In this document: positions 50,248 through 60,430 of the stretch, piece after piece
Layout of the letters: each line of letters opens with the position of its first letter
Numbering within the stretch: position 1 is the stretch's first letter
Origin: Candidatus Marinacidobacterium sp.
GTDB taxonomy: Bacteria; Acidobacteriota; Vicinamibacteria; Marinacidobacterales; Marinacidobacteraceae
Length of the DNA stretch: 64,000 bases
Direction: 5' to 3'
Assembly: GCA_965204755.1 (NCBI GenBank)
Contig: OZ242011.1
Location: 3,648,001-3,712,000, forward strand
The notes under the pieces: generated by a model
Told to the model about the DNA's origin: nothing
Database searches by the model: none
The model's input: the letters and a program-made list of their open reading frames with translations, nothing else
Made by a program: the position numbers and the translations under genes

Positions 50248-51585
50248 CTACGGCCGGGGTCCTCCGGTTCCGAAGCCGGAGACGCCCACCTGCCGCGGGA
50301 TGTAGTGGTCGGGGTCCACGGTGCGGTGGAAGACGATCCGCCCGTTGCTCATCACGAACATCGGTTCGTGGGTCGCGTAGATGTCTTCGAGCGGGTTCCC
50401 GTCCACGGCGACCAGGTCCGCTTCCAGCCCGGGCTCGATCGCCCCGGTGCGGTCGCGGATGCCGTACACCTCGGCGGAGCGGACCGTGGCCGACTGCAGC
50501 GCCTGCAGGGGCGTCATGCCCATCTCCACGAAGTGGGTCATCTCCCGGTAGATCCGGTTGTTGGTGCGCGGTCCGTACTGGGTGTCGGTCGAGGTCAGGA
50601 TGGTGACGCCGAGTTCGAGCGCCCGGGCGAAGGCCTTTTCCAGGTAGTGGAGCAGGTGGGCGCCGCGCTGGAAACTGGCGGAACTGTCGTAGTCGTCGTG
50701 CGGGAGGAGGAAGCCCACCACCGAGGTGTAGGTGGGGAGCCAGGCGGTCCCCCGCTCCACCATCATCCGGAGTCCCTCCTCGTCCACATAGGAGCCGTGT
50801 TCGATCGTGGCGCAGCCGGCCACGATGGCGTTCCGCACCACTTCCCGGCCGTGGGCGTGGCAGGCGACCTTCACCCCCAGCGCGTCCGCCTCCTCCACGA
50901 TGGCGGTGAGTTCGTCCACGCCGTACACCATCATCTTGGGGTCGGGCCCGTTCGGGCCGGAAGTCGTGCCGCCGGACCGGGTCTTGATCCAGCGCGCGCC
51001 CCGGTCCACATCGACCCTCACGACTTCGCGCACCGCCTCGACGCCGCGGACTTCCCGGTGCAGGTAGGGGTAGAGACGCGGGTCGGCGAGCGCGGACTGG
51101 CCCAGGTTCGGCAGGACATAGACGCCGGCGGCGAAGATCTCCGGCCCGGCGAGGTAGCCCTTCTCCACCAGGTCGTTCATCCGGACATCGAGGAAACTCC
51201 CGACCGCGGCGCTCTTCATGGTCGTGACCCCGGATTCGAGCGCCCGCTGCATGCCGTCGAGCGTTCGTCCGTGCCAGTGCCCGTCCATGAGTCCGGGAAG
51301 CAGGTGCCGGCCGCCGAGGTCGAGGACATGCGCGTCCTCCGGCGCCGGGCCGGCGCCGACGGAGACGATCCGGCCGGCCTCCACCACGACGACCGCGTCG
51401 TCCAGGACGCTGCCGTCCTCGACATCCACCACCGAGGTGTTCACGAGCGCCACGCGGGGCTGCGGGAGGATTCCGTCCTCGCCCGGCAGGTAGGGGACGG
51501 TCGGCTGGGCGAGAGCCGGGGCCGCGAACAGGGAGAGGAGGGCGGCGACGGGGCCGCGATTCGCGGGGAAGGAGAAGGAGCGCAT
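50248..51585 (-). CDS. Secreted amidohydrolase (Xaa-Pro dipeptidase-like)
   Basis: LLPGLMDGHWH, WIK, CHAHG, IEHG, STD, GMTPLQAL and ADLVAVDGNPL. Confidence 0.88.
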   Translation of the reverse strand: MRSFSFPANRGPVAALLSLFAAPALAQPTVPYLPGEDGILPQPRVALVNTSVVDVEDGSVLDDAVVVVEAGRIVSVGAGPAPEDAHVLDLGGRHLLPGLMDGHWHGRTLDGMQRALESGVTTMKSAAVGSFLDVRMNDLVEKGYLAGPEIFAAGVYVLPNLGQSALADPRLYPYLHREVRGVEAVREVVRVDVDRGARWIKTRSGGTTSGPNGPDPKMMVYGVDELTAIVEEADALGVKVACHAHGREVVRNAIVAGCATIEHGSYVDEEGLRMMVERGTAWLPTYTSVVGFLLPHDDYDSSASFQRGAHLLHYLEKAFARALELGVTILTSTDTQYGPRTNNRIYREMTHFVEMGMTPLQALQSATVRSAEVYGIRDRTGAIEPGLEADLVAVDGNPLEDIYATHEPMFVMSNGRIVFHRTVDPDHYIPRQVGVSGFGTGGPRP

Positions 51586-51685
51586 GGGGAGTCCTCCGAG
51601 CGGGGAAGGGAAGACTTCCATCGTACGCGCCGCCGGGCGCGTGGGCCGCGCGGCCGGCAGCGCGCCCCCCGGCGCGGGGGACCGA

Positions 51686-52990
51686 CTACAGGAGGGCGAA
51701 CTTCAGCGCGAAGACCACCGCCACCAGATAGACCGCGCCCGGGCACTCGCGGGCCCGTCCGGCGGCGATCTTCGCGCCGGCGTAGGTGAGGAACCCGATC
51801 CCGATGCCGTCCGCGACGGAGAAACTCAGCGGCATGGCGATGGCCGTGGCGACCGCCGGCGCCGCCTCGGTGGCGTCGTCCCAACTCAGTTCGCCGAAAC
51901 TCCGGGCCATGAGCGTCGCCACGAAGAGGAGGGCCGCGGCGGTGGCGTACGGCGGGATGCTCTCGGCGAGCGGCGCGAAGACGAGACAGAGGACGAAGCC
52001 GGCCGCCACCACCAGCGCGGTGAGTCCGGTGCGGCCGCCGCTCTCCACGCCGGCGGCGCTTTCGATGTAACTCGTGGTGGAGGAAGTGCCCGCGAGGGCG
52101 CCGAACGCGGTGGCGCCGGAGTCGGCGAGCAGCGCCCTCCGGAGCCGGGGGAGGCGTCCGTCCGCGCCGAGCATCCCGGCGCGGGTGGTGATCGCCACCA
52201 GCGTCCCCGCGGTGTCGAAGACATCGACCAGCAGGAGCGCCAGGATGACGGAAACCATCGAGAGCGTCAGCGCGCCGGCGAGGTCGAGTTGGAGCAGGAC
52301 CGGCGCCGGGGAAGGGGGGGCGGAGAGCACTCCGGCGAGCGGAGCGCCGCCGAACAGCCAGCCGGCGGCGGAGACCGCCAGGATGCCGAGGATGATCGCG
52401 CCGGGAACCTTCCGCGCCGTGAGCGCGGCGATGGCGACGAATCCGACCAGCGCCGCCACCGGGCCGAAGGCGGTGAAGTCACCGAAGGACACCAGCGTGG
52501 CCTCGTTGTTTTGCACGATGCCGGCGTTCCTGAGCGCGATGAACGCCAGGAAGAGCCCGATGCCGGCGGACATCCCGAGTTTCAGGTCGCGGGGAATGGC
52601 GTTGATCAACCACTCGCGGACCGGCAGCACGCTCAGCAGGATGAAGAGGACCCCCGACCAGAAGACCGCGCCCAGCGCGACCCGCCAGTCGACGGCCATG
52701 CCGAGCACCACGGTGAACGCGAAAAAGGCGTTTTGGCCCATGCCCGGGGCGAGGGCCACCGGATAGTTGGCGAGCAGGCCCATCGCCGCCGTGCCGACCG
52801 CCGCCGCCAGGCAGGTGGCGACGAAGACCGCGCCGAAGTCCATGCCGGTCTCGGAGAGGATTCCCGGGTTCACGACCACGATGTACGCCATCGCCAGGAA
52901 GGTGGTCAGGCCGGCGGTGACTTCGCGCCGCGGCGTCGAACCGCTCGCCCGGACGCCGAAGCGCCGCTCCATGAAGTTCTGCTCTGCCAT
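51686..52990 (-). CDS. NCS2/AzgA family purine permease
   Basis: EVTAGLTTFLAMAYI, APGMG, FDTAGT and YIESAAGV. Confidence 0.93.
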   Translation of the reverse strand: MAEQNFMERRFGVRASGSTPRREVTAGLTTFLAMAYIVVVNPGILSETGMDFGAVFVATCLAAAVGTAAMGLLANYPVALAPGMGQNAFFAFTVVLGMAVDWRVALGAVFWSGVLFILLSVLPVREWLINAIPRDLKLGMSAGIGLFLAFIALRNAGIVQNNEATLVSFGDFTAFGPVAALVGFVAIAALTARKVPGAIILGILAVSAAGWLFGGAPLAGVLSAPPSPAPVLLQLDLAGALTLSMVSVILALLLVDVFDTAGTLVAITTRAGMLGADGRLPRLRRALLADSGATAFGALAGTSSTTSYIESAAGVESGGRTGLTALVVAAGFVLCLVFAPLAESIPPYATAAALLFVATLMARSFGELSWDDATEAAPAVATAIAMPLSFSVADGIGIGFLTYAGAKIAAGRARECPGAVYLVAVVFALKFALL

Positions 52991-53310
52991 CAGCGAATCG
53001 CGGCGGTTCGACGGGGTTTTCGGGGAGGCTTCCGCGCCGCGTGGTCGTCGGTGACGCCTCGTCCGGAGCCTCTCCGGAACCCCCCGCTACGGGCCGCGCC
53101 TTTCCCGGCGGCGATGGTATCCGAAAGCCGCCCCTTCGGACGGCCGCGTGACGCGAACCCCGCACCCGTCCGGGCCCGCTTTTCGGGCCGGCCAGCCGGC
53201 GGAGTCAGCCCGCCGAGTCAGCCGGTCGGGCGCGCGGGGAAACCCGGCCGGGGGCTCACACTGCCGAGGCGGCGGCAGTACCCTTCGGCCTCGGTCGAGG
53301 AGGCTCGCCC

Positions 53311-54597
53311 ATGATGCATCGAAGGTCGTTTCTCGCAGCGGCGGGGGGCGCTCTCTCCGCGGTTTCCGCCGACGCCGGGGAGCGCCTCGAGCGGGCGGTC
53401 GCCCGGCTCGGCGCCCGTCCTCCCCAAGAGGCCGCCCGGGACGAAGACTTCTGGTTCCGGGTGCGGGAGGCGTTCACCATCGACCGGAACCACATCAACC
53501 TGAACAGCGGCAGCGTGAGCCCGGCGCCGCTCCCGGTGCAGCGCGCCATGCGCCAGTACTGGGAGATCACGAACATGGGGCCCTCGCTCTATGTGGACGA
53601 ACTCCTGGGGCCGCGGCTCGAAGTCGCGCGGAGGCGGCTGGCCTCGGTGTTCGGCTGCGGGACGGACGAGTTGGCGTTCACCAGGAACGCCAGCGAGGCG
53701 ATGGAGATCCTGCAATTCGGGCTGCCGCTCTCCGCCGGGGACGAGGTGCTGACCACGACCCAGGACTACCCGCGGATGCTCATGACCTTCCGGCAGCGCG
53801 AACGCCGCGACGGCATCGTCCTGCGGCAGGTCCCCTATCCGACGCCGCCGGAGGACCTCTCCGAACTCACCGGGATCATCGAGCGGGCCATCACGCCGCG
53901 CACCCGGGTGCTCCTGATCTGCCACACCACCTACACCACCGGGCAGATCTTCCCGGTGGGGGAAATCTGCCGGATGGCGCGCCGCCGGGGCGTGGAGACG
54001 ATCGTGGACGGCGCCCACGGCTTCGCGCACTTCCCCTTCACCCGCGACGAACTCGACTGCGACTACTACGGGACCAGCCTCCACAAGTGGCTGTTCGCTC
54101 CGGTGGGGACCGGCTTCCTCTATGTGCGCAAGGAGAAGATCCCGGGCGTCTGGCCGCTGATGAGCGCCCCGGAGAGCCAGGCCGGGGACATCCGCAAGTT
54201 CGAGCAGATCGGGACCCACCCGGTCGCCCTGCGGGGGCCGATCACCGAAGCGGTCACCTTCCACGAGGGGCTCGGGCCCGAGCGGAAGGCGGCGCGCCTG
54301 GTGTACCTGCGACAGAGGTGGTCGGAGCGGGTGAAGGAACTGCCGGGAGTGACCGTGCTCAACCCGCCGGACCCGGGACAGGCCTGCGGGATCGGCGCGA
54401 TGCGCATCGAGGGGGTGGACTCGGGCGGCCTGACCGACTTCCTGGAGCGGAAGTACCGGGTGCATGTGCGGCCCCGGTTCGTCGCCGGGGAGTTCGACTG
54501 CATCCGGGTCTCGCCGAGCGTGTTCACCACCCTCGAAGAAGTGGACCTGTTCGCGGCCGGGATCGAGGACGCCGCCCGGAACGGGATCGCGGGGTGA
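53311..54597 (+). CDS. Class V aminotransferase (isopenicillin N epimerase-like), Tat-exported
   Basis: HRRSFL Tat motif; NLNSG, VDGAHG and SLHKW (PLP Lys); GAGGAGG RBS. Confidence 0.88.
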   Translation: MMHRRSFLAAAGGALSAVSADAGERLERAVARLGARPPQEAARDEDFWFRVREAFTIDRNHINLNSGSVSPAPLPVQRAMRQYWEITNMGPSLYVDELLGPRLEVARRRLASVFGCGTDELAFTRNASEAMEILQFGLPLSAGDEVLTTTQDYPRMLMTFRQRERRDGIVLRQVPYPTPPEDLSELTGIIERAITPRTRVLLICHTTYTTGQIFPVGEICRMARRRGVETIVDGAHGFAHFPFTRDELDCDYYGTSLHKWLFAPVGTGFLYVRKEKIPGVWPLMSAPESQAGDIRKFEQIGTHPVALRGPITEAVTFHEGLGPERKAARLVYLRQRWSERVKELPGVTVLNPPDPGQACGIGAMRIEGVDSGGLTDFLERKYRVHVRPRFVAGEFDCIRVSPSVFTTLEEVDLFAAGIEDAARNGIAG

Positions 54598-55907
54598 GCG
54601 GGGCGGCGCGGGACGGCGGGAAGCCGCCGGCCGCCGGCAGCGGCCGCGCGGGGGCGGCCGGACACCGGGGTGGGGCGCGGGCGGACCTCGGGCGACGGGA
54701 CTTCCTGAAGGGCGCCGCGGCGGCGCTCCCGGCCGCCGCTGCGGCCTGCGGGGGCGCGGCGGGGCGCCCGGACTCCGAATCGGCGTCCGCGGGGCGGGAA
54801 GCCGCCGCTCCGCGGACCGCCCTGACGGCGGGGGTCAGTCTCTGGGGGCAGGACCTCGGGCTCGGGGAACTCTTCCGGCCGGGGCCGGCCGGGCGCACCG
54901 AGGTCGAGGCGTACATCGCCCGGTGCGCGGAGCACGGGGTCTCGCGGGTGTTCGCTCCCGGGGCGTCCGCGGAACTCGTGGAGGCCGGCGCGGCGGCCGG
55001 CGTCGAGGTGCACCCGTACAAGGCGGTGGCCTCGCACGGCGGCATCCGGATGTATCCGGCTTGGTCGGCGAATTTCATGGTCCCGAGGTTCGGGACGCCG
55101 GAGGGCCGGGCAATCCTCGACGCCCACCGGCCGATCTGGAGCCATCCGCGGCGCGTGCCGAGCGTGAGCGATTTCCTGCGGGAGCACCCGGAGCATCGGC
55201 ACCGGAACCGGACGCTCGCCGAGGAGTTGGAACCTTGGGACAAGTTGTTCCTGAGCCCGGGTCTCCCGGAGGGCCGCCGCCACGAGGCGGAGGCGTTCGC
55301 CTCGCTCCTGCGGTCGAGCGGCGCCCGGGGCATCGAAGCCGAGTTCGTCTCCATCAACGAGGACGAGGACGGAGTGTCCGTGGACGGCTACGAGGACTCT
55401 ATCGCCGGAGCGTTCCGAGAAGAGACGGGACGCGATCCCTTCACGATCGGGAACGGGGACCCGGAGTGGGTGCGGTTCCGCGCCGACCGCTGGACGGCGA
55501 TGCTCGCGGAGATCGCGGCGGCGGTCCGGGCCGAGCGGCCGAACGCCGTCTTCAGCGCCACCGTCATCAACCGGGAGGCCGACGGCTACCGGAAGGCGAT
55601 GCAGGACTGGGAGTCCTGGGTGGAGCAGGGGATCGTGGACGAGATGCACCTGTGGTTCCGGTCCACCACGGACCTCCCGACGATCGCCCGGCACTGCCGC
55701 CACCTGGCGGCGACCGTCGCCGGGCGGGTTCCGGTGGTCGCCGAGTTCTCCTGCTACCACCCCGGCAGTTTGCAGACCGCCGAGGCGATGACCGCCGCCG
55801 CGGAAGCGGCGCGGGAGGCCGGGGTGGACGGTCTCGGCATCTACCGCAGCCACGCGGTGGAACAACTCGGCTTCTGGCCGATTCTCGCCCGGATGGCGGA
55901 GATGTGA
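54594..55907 (+). CDS. Tat-exported putative glycoside hydrolase-like TIM barrel (GHL10/DUF187-like)
   Basis: RRDFLKG Tat motif; FREETGRDP, WVRFRAD and QDWESWVEQGIVD resemble DUF187 proteins. Confidence 0.6.
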   Translation: MSGAARDGGKPPAAGSGRAGAAGHRGGARADLGRRDFLKGAAAALPAAAAACGGAAGRPDSESASAGREAAAPRTALTAGVSLWGQDLGLGELFRPGPAGRTEVEAYIARCAEHGVSRVFAPGASAELVEAGAAAGVEVHPYKAVASHGGIRMYPAWSANFMVPRFGTPEGRAILDAHRPIWSHPRRVPSVSDFLREHPEHRHRNRTLAEELEPWDKLFLSPGLPEGRRHEAEAFASLLRSSGARGIEAEFVSINEDEDGVSVDGYEDSIAGAFREETGRDPFTIGNGDPEWVRFRADRWTAMLAEIAAAVRAERPNAVFSATVINREADGYRKAMQDWESWVEQGIVDEMHLWFRSTTDLPTIARHCRHLAATVAGRVPVVAEFSCYHPGSLQTAEAMTAAAEAAREAGVDGLGIYRSHAVEQLGFWPILARMAEM

Positions 55908-55941
55908 GCCATCGCGGGCGCCGCTGCGCTAATCTGAGACG

Positions 55942-56409
55942 GTGAGCGGATCGGGAGTCGCCGGCATCGGCCTCGCGGCCGTGCTCGCCCTCGGCCCGGG
56001 CGCGGCGGCGGTCTGTTCGCTGCTTTGCGACGAGGGCGCGCCGGCCGAGGCGGATCCCGCCGCGCGTCCGGCGTCCGGTTCCGGGCATCACCACGACAGC
56101 GCTCCGGCTGCGCCCCCGGCAGGGCAGAAAGCCGGGCAGGAAGGCGAGCAGAAAGCCGGGCAGGAAGGCGCCGTTGCGAGCGCTCCCGGCGGCTGCTGCG
56201 AGCATCCGGCCGCGTCGGCGCCCGCCTCCCGGGTCGCGGCGCGCGCCGCCGCGTCGGGAGCGCGCGGGGATCGAGCCTCCGCGGGAAGCCCGGTTCCGCT
56301 CGGCCGGGTTCGCGCCGAGGAGTGTCTCCCGGCGCGCTTCGCCTCTGCCGGCGGGGGCGGCGACCCCCCGCCGACCGCCCGCTCTGCGCCCGTCGTCCTG
56401 AGACTCTAG
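55942..56409 (+). CDS. CutF/CopL-like leader protein upstream of a multicopper oxidase
   Basis: Hydrophobic N-terminus, CSLLC (CxxxC), HHHD, CCEH and Pro-rich C-terminus DPPPTARSAPVVLRL; internal 24-bp repeat at about 56123-56170. Confidence 0.6.
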   Translation: MSGSGVAGIGLAAVLALGPGAAAVCSLLCDEGAPAEADPAARPASGSGHHHDSAPAAPPAGQKAGQEGEQKAGQEGAVASAPGGCCEHPAASAPASRVAARAAASGARGDRASAGSPVPLGRVRAEECLPARFASAGGGGDPPPTARSAPVVLRL

Positions 56410-56554
56410 GCCCCTCCTGCCCGCGCCCCTGCGCGGCGCTCCTCCCCCGAGCAGGGGGGGGGCGGCGGCCCGAGGGCGCGCTCCCTCGATGGCTTCGGCC
56501 CCCCGAGGCCGGCGGCTCGGCGCGAGGCGCCCCGCCTCCGGCAGGAGACTCTCC

Positions 56555-58414
56555 ATGGACTCGTCCCGCCCCCCGGCGGCTTCCTCCGCGTCAACCGCCT
56601 CCCTCTTCCGCCCCACCCGGCGGCAATTCGTCACCGGCCTCGCCGGCGCCGGCGCGCTGGCCCTCGGCGGCCGAACCGGCGCCGCGCCGCTTCACGGGCC
56701 GCGGGCCGGCTCCCCGGACAACGGGATGTCGCCGCCCGAACTCACCGGGACCTCGTTCGACCTGACCATCGGCGAGACCCCCGTGAACCTGACCGGCGCC
56801 CCGCGCCGCGCCCTCACCGTGAACGGTTCGCTCCCGGCGCCGACGCTGCGCCTCCGGGAAGGGGACACGGTGACGCTCCGGGTGCGGAACACCCTGGACG
56901 AGATGACCTCGATCCACTGGCACGGCATCCTGTTGCCCGCGAACCAGGACGGGGTGCCCGGCCTCAGTTTCGACGGGATCCCCCCCGGAGCGACCCACGC
57001 CTTCCGGTTCCGCCTCAGGCAGTCCGGCACCTACTGGTACCACAGCCATTCGGCGTTCCAGGAGCAGCGCGGCGTGTACGGCGCGCTCGTCGTCGAGCCG
57101 CGCGACGGGCGGACGCCGTCCTACGACCGGGACCAGGTCCTCGTGCTGTCGGACTGGACGGACGAGGACCCGCAGCGGGTGTTCTCCAAACTCCGGAAGA
57201 TGTCCCACTACTACAACCGGAACCAGCCGACGCTCGGCGACCTGGTCGGGGAGGTTCGCCGGGACGGGTGGCGGGAGGCGGTGTCCGAGCGGCTCGCCTG
57301 GGCGGCGATGCGGATGAACCGCGCCGACATCGCCGATGTGACCGGCGAGACCTACACCTTCCTGCTGAACGGGCGGCCGCCCGCGGCGAACTGGACCGGC
57401 CTCTTCCGGCCCGGGGAACGGATCCGCCTGCGGATCGTGAACGCAGCCGCCATGACCCACTTCGACTTCCGGATCCCGGGGCTGCCGCTCACCGTGACCG
57501 GCTCGGACGGACAGCCGGTGCATCCGGTCACCGTGGACGAGTTCCGGATCGCTCCCGGCGAGACCTTCGACGCCATCGTCCGGCCAACCGGGCAGGACGC
57601 TTTCGCGCTCTTCGCCCAGGCGATCGACCGGAGCGGCTACGCCGCCGGCGGGCTCGCGGTTCGGCCGGGGCTCAGAGCCCCGGTTCCGGCGCTCGACCTG
57701 CCGCCGCTCCTGACCATGGGCGACATGGGACACGGCGACCATGGAGGGCACGGTGACCATGGAGGGCACGGCGACCATCGGGGCCACGGGGACCACGCCG
57801 CCCGGCCGGCGGCCCCGGCGGCGATGCCGGAGCACGCCGGGCACGGCGGAGGGCGCGGGACCGGCCGCGGCGGTTCCTCGGCCGTCCCCATCGTCCACCC
57901 GGCCAGCGAGCGGGGGAATCCGTTGGTGGACATGCAGATCGAGGCGGCGAGCGCCCGACTCGACGATCCCGGCGTAGGACTCCGGGACACGGGCCGGCGG
58001 CCGCTGACCTACGCCGACCTGCGCTCGGCCTTCGCCGACCCGGACGGGCGGGAACCCGGCCGCGAGATCGAGTTCCACCTCACCGGCCACATGGAGCGCT
58101 ATTCCTGGTCGTTCGACGGCATCCCGTTTTCCGGGGCGGACCCGGTGCGGCTCGGCTACGGCGAGCGGCTGCGCTTCGTGCTGGTCAACGACACCATGAT
58201 GACCCACCCGGTCCACCTCCACGGGATGTGGAGCGACCTCGAGGACGAACTCGGCGGTTTCCATCTCCGGAAACACACCGTGGACCTGCCTCCGGGGACC
58301 CGCCGGACCCTCCGGGTTCGCGCCGACGCGCTGGGCCGTTGGGCCTTCCACTGCCACCTGCTGTTCCACATGGCGGCGGGGATGTTCCGGGAAGTCCGGG
58401 TGGAGGAATCATGA
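56555..58414 (+). CDS. copA: Copper resistance multicopper oxidase CopA/PcoA
   Basis: TRRQFV Tat motif; IHWHG, WYHSH, HPVHLHG and HCHLLFHM; His-rich GDHGGH repeats at 57731-57796. Confidence 0.95.
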   Translation: MDSSRPPAASSASTASLFRPTRRQFVTGLAGAGALALGGRTGAAPLHGPRAGSPDNGMSPPELTGTSFDLTIGETPVNLTGAPRRALTVNGSLPAPTLRLREGDTVTLRVRNTLDEMTSIHWHGILLPANQDGVPGLSFDGIPPGATHAFRFRLRQSGTYWYHSHSAFQEQRGVYGALVVEPRDGRTPSYDRDQVLVLSDWTDEDPQRVFSKLRKMSHYYNRNQPTLGDLVGEVRRDGWREAVSERLAWAAMRMNRADIADVTGETYTFLLNGRPPAANWTGLFRPGERIRLRIVNAAAMTHFDFRIPGLPLTVTGSDGQPVHPVTVDEFRIAPGETFDAIVRPTGQDAFALFAQAIDRSGYAAGGLAVRPGLRAPVPALDLPPLLTMGDMGHGDHGGHGDHGGHGDHRGHGDHAARPAAPAAMPEHAGHGGGRGTGRGGSSAVPIVHPASERGNPLVDMQIEAASARLDDPGVGLRDTGRRPLTYADLRSAFADPDGREPGREIEFHLTGHMERYSWSFDGIPFSGADPVRLGYGERLRFVLVNDTMMTHPVHLHGMWSDLEDELGGFHLRKHTVDLPPGTRRTLRVRADALGRWAFHCHLLFHMAAGMFREVRVEES

Positions 58415-59229
58415 ACCGGCTCCCCCGGGCCGTCTGCGGCGGTCTGCTCTGGTTCGCCGCCGCGGGAGCGGACGCCGCGCAGCCGCCCGGCCACCGGCGC
58501 CACCCGCCTCACGGCGAAGGGGGCGGCGAGTCGGCTTCCCCGGACCGGGGCGCCGCCGAGCCGTCGGCCGCGCCGATCACGCCGATTCCGCCGCTCACCG
58601 ACGAGGACCGCGCGGCGGCGTTTCCTCCGGTGACCCCCCGGAAGGCGGCGGACGCCCGGATCGACTCGTTGGTGCTGCTGGAGCGGATCGAATGGGAGGA
58701 GGGCGGCCTGCGGGTGGAGTCGAAGGGTTGGGTGGGCGCCGTCCGGGACCGGCTGCGTTTCCGCGCCGAAGGCCGGGTCGGGGAGGGCGGCCTCCGCGAG
58801 ACCTCGGCCGGCCTCTTCTACGGACGCGCGGTAACCCCGTTCTGGGACCTGGTCGGCGGGCTCGAACTCGATTCCTTCTCCGGCGGCGACACCCGGCTGG
58901 CCCTCGGGGTCTCGGGGCTCGCGCCGTACCGCTTCGAAGTCGAGGCCCTGGCCCTCGTGGGGCCCGGCGGCCGGGCCGGGGTCCACCTCGAGACCGAGTA
59001 CTCGCTGCTCCTCACGAATCGGCTGATCCTCCAGCCGGTCCTGGAATTCGAAGCGGAGCGCGGCGGGGAAGGCCCGCCGGCGGCCGCCGAACTGGAGGGA
59101 GGGTTGCGTCTGCGCTACGAGGTCCGCCGGGAGTTCGCCCCCTACGCGGGAATCGTCTGGAAACGGCGGTTCGGGGACGGCGAACCGGGCGCTGCCCGCC
59201 TCACCTTCGGCGCGCGAGTGTGGTTCTGA
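58411..59229 (+). CDS. copB: Copper resistance outer membrane protein CopB/PcoB
   Basis: TPIPPLTDEDRAAAFP, GLAPYRFEVE, LLLTNRLILQP and LRLRYEVRREFAPY; C-terminal WF. Confidence 0.93.
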   Translation: MNRLPRAVCGGLLWFAAAGADAAQPPGHRRHPPHGEGGGESASPDRGAAEPSAAPITPIPPLTDEDRAAAFPPVTPRKAADARIDSLVLLERIEWEEGGLRVESKGWVGAVRDRLRFRAEGRVGEGGLRETSAGLFYGRAVTPFWDLVGGLELDSFSGGDTRLALGVSGLAPYRFEVEALALVGPGGRAGVHLETEYSLLLTNRLILQPVLEFEAERGGEGPPAAAELEGGLRLRYEVRREFAPYAGIVWKRRFGDGEPGAARLTFGARVWF

Positions 59230-60430
59230 TCGGCCCGAGGGCGAAGAGGGTTCCGTCCTGGGCGCCGAAGACGATCCGGTCGCCGGTCACCGCCGGGGAA
59301 CTCATGATCGGGGCCCCGGCGTGGAACTCGGAGACCTTCTCGCCGGTCTCGAGGTCGAGGACATAGAGGCGGCCGTCGGCGTTCCCCGCATAGACGAAGC
59401 CCCCGGCGACCGCCGGGGAAGCGTCGAACCGGGCGCGGGCGCGGAAGGTCCACGCCGCCTCGCCGGTGCGGCGGTCGAGGGCGTGGACCAACTTGTCGCG
59501 CCCGGCAACCACGACCAGTCGGCCGGCGAGCGCGGCCGAGGCGTAGAAGGGAAAATGGCGATCCGGGTGGCGGTACCGCCATCGGAGCGCGCCGGTTCCG
59601 GCCTCCACGGCCAACACTTCGTTGTCGAAGGTGCCGTAGAAGAGGGCCGTTTCCCCGAGGGCCGGCGAGGCCGCGGTGTAGGCGCCGGAGTCGAAGCGGC
59701 GCGCCTCGGTCCCGTCGGAAATCCGGATGGCGCGCAGGACGGCGTCGCAGCCGGTGACCCAGGCGAGTCCGTTCCGAACGGCCGCGGTGGCGTGGACCGG
59801 GCCCTCGGTCTCCACCGACCAGAGCAGCGCGCCGGACTCCCGGTCGAGGGCGTAGAACCGCTCGTCGTAACTCCCGACCAGCACGCGGTCGCCGACGACC
59901 ACCGGCGAAGCCTTGATCTCGGCGCCGGTGGCGTAGGTCCAGCGGGGGAGGCCGCTCTCCGCGTCCACCGCGTGGAGCGTTCCCAGCAGGTCGCCCACGA
60001 AGACGACGCCGTCCGCGACCGCGGGCGAGGACTCGCCGAACCGGTCGTCCTCGAAGTCCGCCGCGCCTCCGCCGCCGGAGCCCGCAGCAGGACTCGCATT
60101 GTCCGTCCGGCCCGGTTCGTAGCGCCAAGCCTCCTCTCCCCCGGCCAAGTCGAGTTTCACCAGCAGGCCGGGAAGGGAGGTGGCGTATACGAACCCCCCC
60201 GCGATCGCCGGCGATCCCTCGACCGAGAAGCCGAGCGGACGGCTCCAGACCGGCTCGAGGTCCGCTCCCGGCCCGGCGGGCGCCGCGCCGCTCAGAGCGG
60301 CGTCGCGCCGGAACTGGGGCCAACCGGGATCTTCGGACTCCGGTTCCGCGCCGCCGAGGCCGGCGGAGACGAGGAGTCCGGCGCCGGCCCGGACGGCGAA
60401 CCGGATGCCCCGGCGGGCGATGGGCGTCAT
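59201..60430 (-). CDS. PQQ-binding-like beta-propeller protein, secreted
   Basis: WPQFR, repeated SPAV...(L)YALD..TG...W Trp-docking motifs. Confidence 0.88.
   Translation of the reverse strand: MTPIARRGIRFAVRAGAGLLVSAGLGGAEPESEDPGWPQFRRDAALSGAAPAGPGADLEPVWSRPLGFSVEGSPAIAGGFVYATSLPGLLVKLDLAGGEEAWRYEPGRTDNASPAAGSGGGGAADFEDDRFGESSPAVADGVVFVGDLLGTLHAVDAESGLPRWTYATGAEIKASPVVVGDRVLVGSYDERFYALDRESGALLWSVETEGPVHATAAVRNGLAWVTGCDAVLRAIRISDGTEARRFDSGAYTAASPALGETALFYGTFDNEVLAVEAGTGALRWRYRHPDRHFPFYASAALAGRLVVVAGRDKLVHALDRRTGEAAWTFRARARFDASPAVAGGFVYAGNADGRLYVLDLETGEKVSEFHAGAPIMSSPAVTGDRIVFGAQDGTLFALGPIRTTLARRR

Noticed and set aside
52991-53310. Possible purine or xanthine riboswitch upstream of the NCS2 permease
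   Set aside because: Several GC hairpins but no recognisable aptamer consensus; an Rfam covariance search would be needed.
57731-57796. 18-bp tandem repeat that could suggest a mini-array
   Set aside because: In-frame GDHGGH repeats of the His-rich linker usual in CopA oxidases.
59201-59229. 29-bp convergent overlap of copB and the propeller gene
   Set aside because: Short 3' overlaps are common in GC-rich genomes; no further signal.
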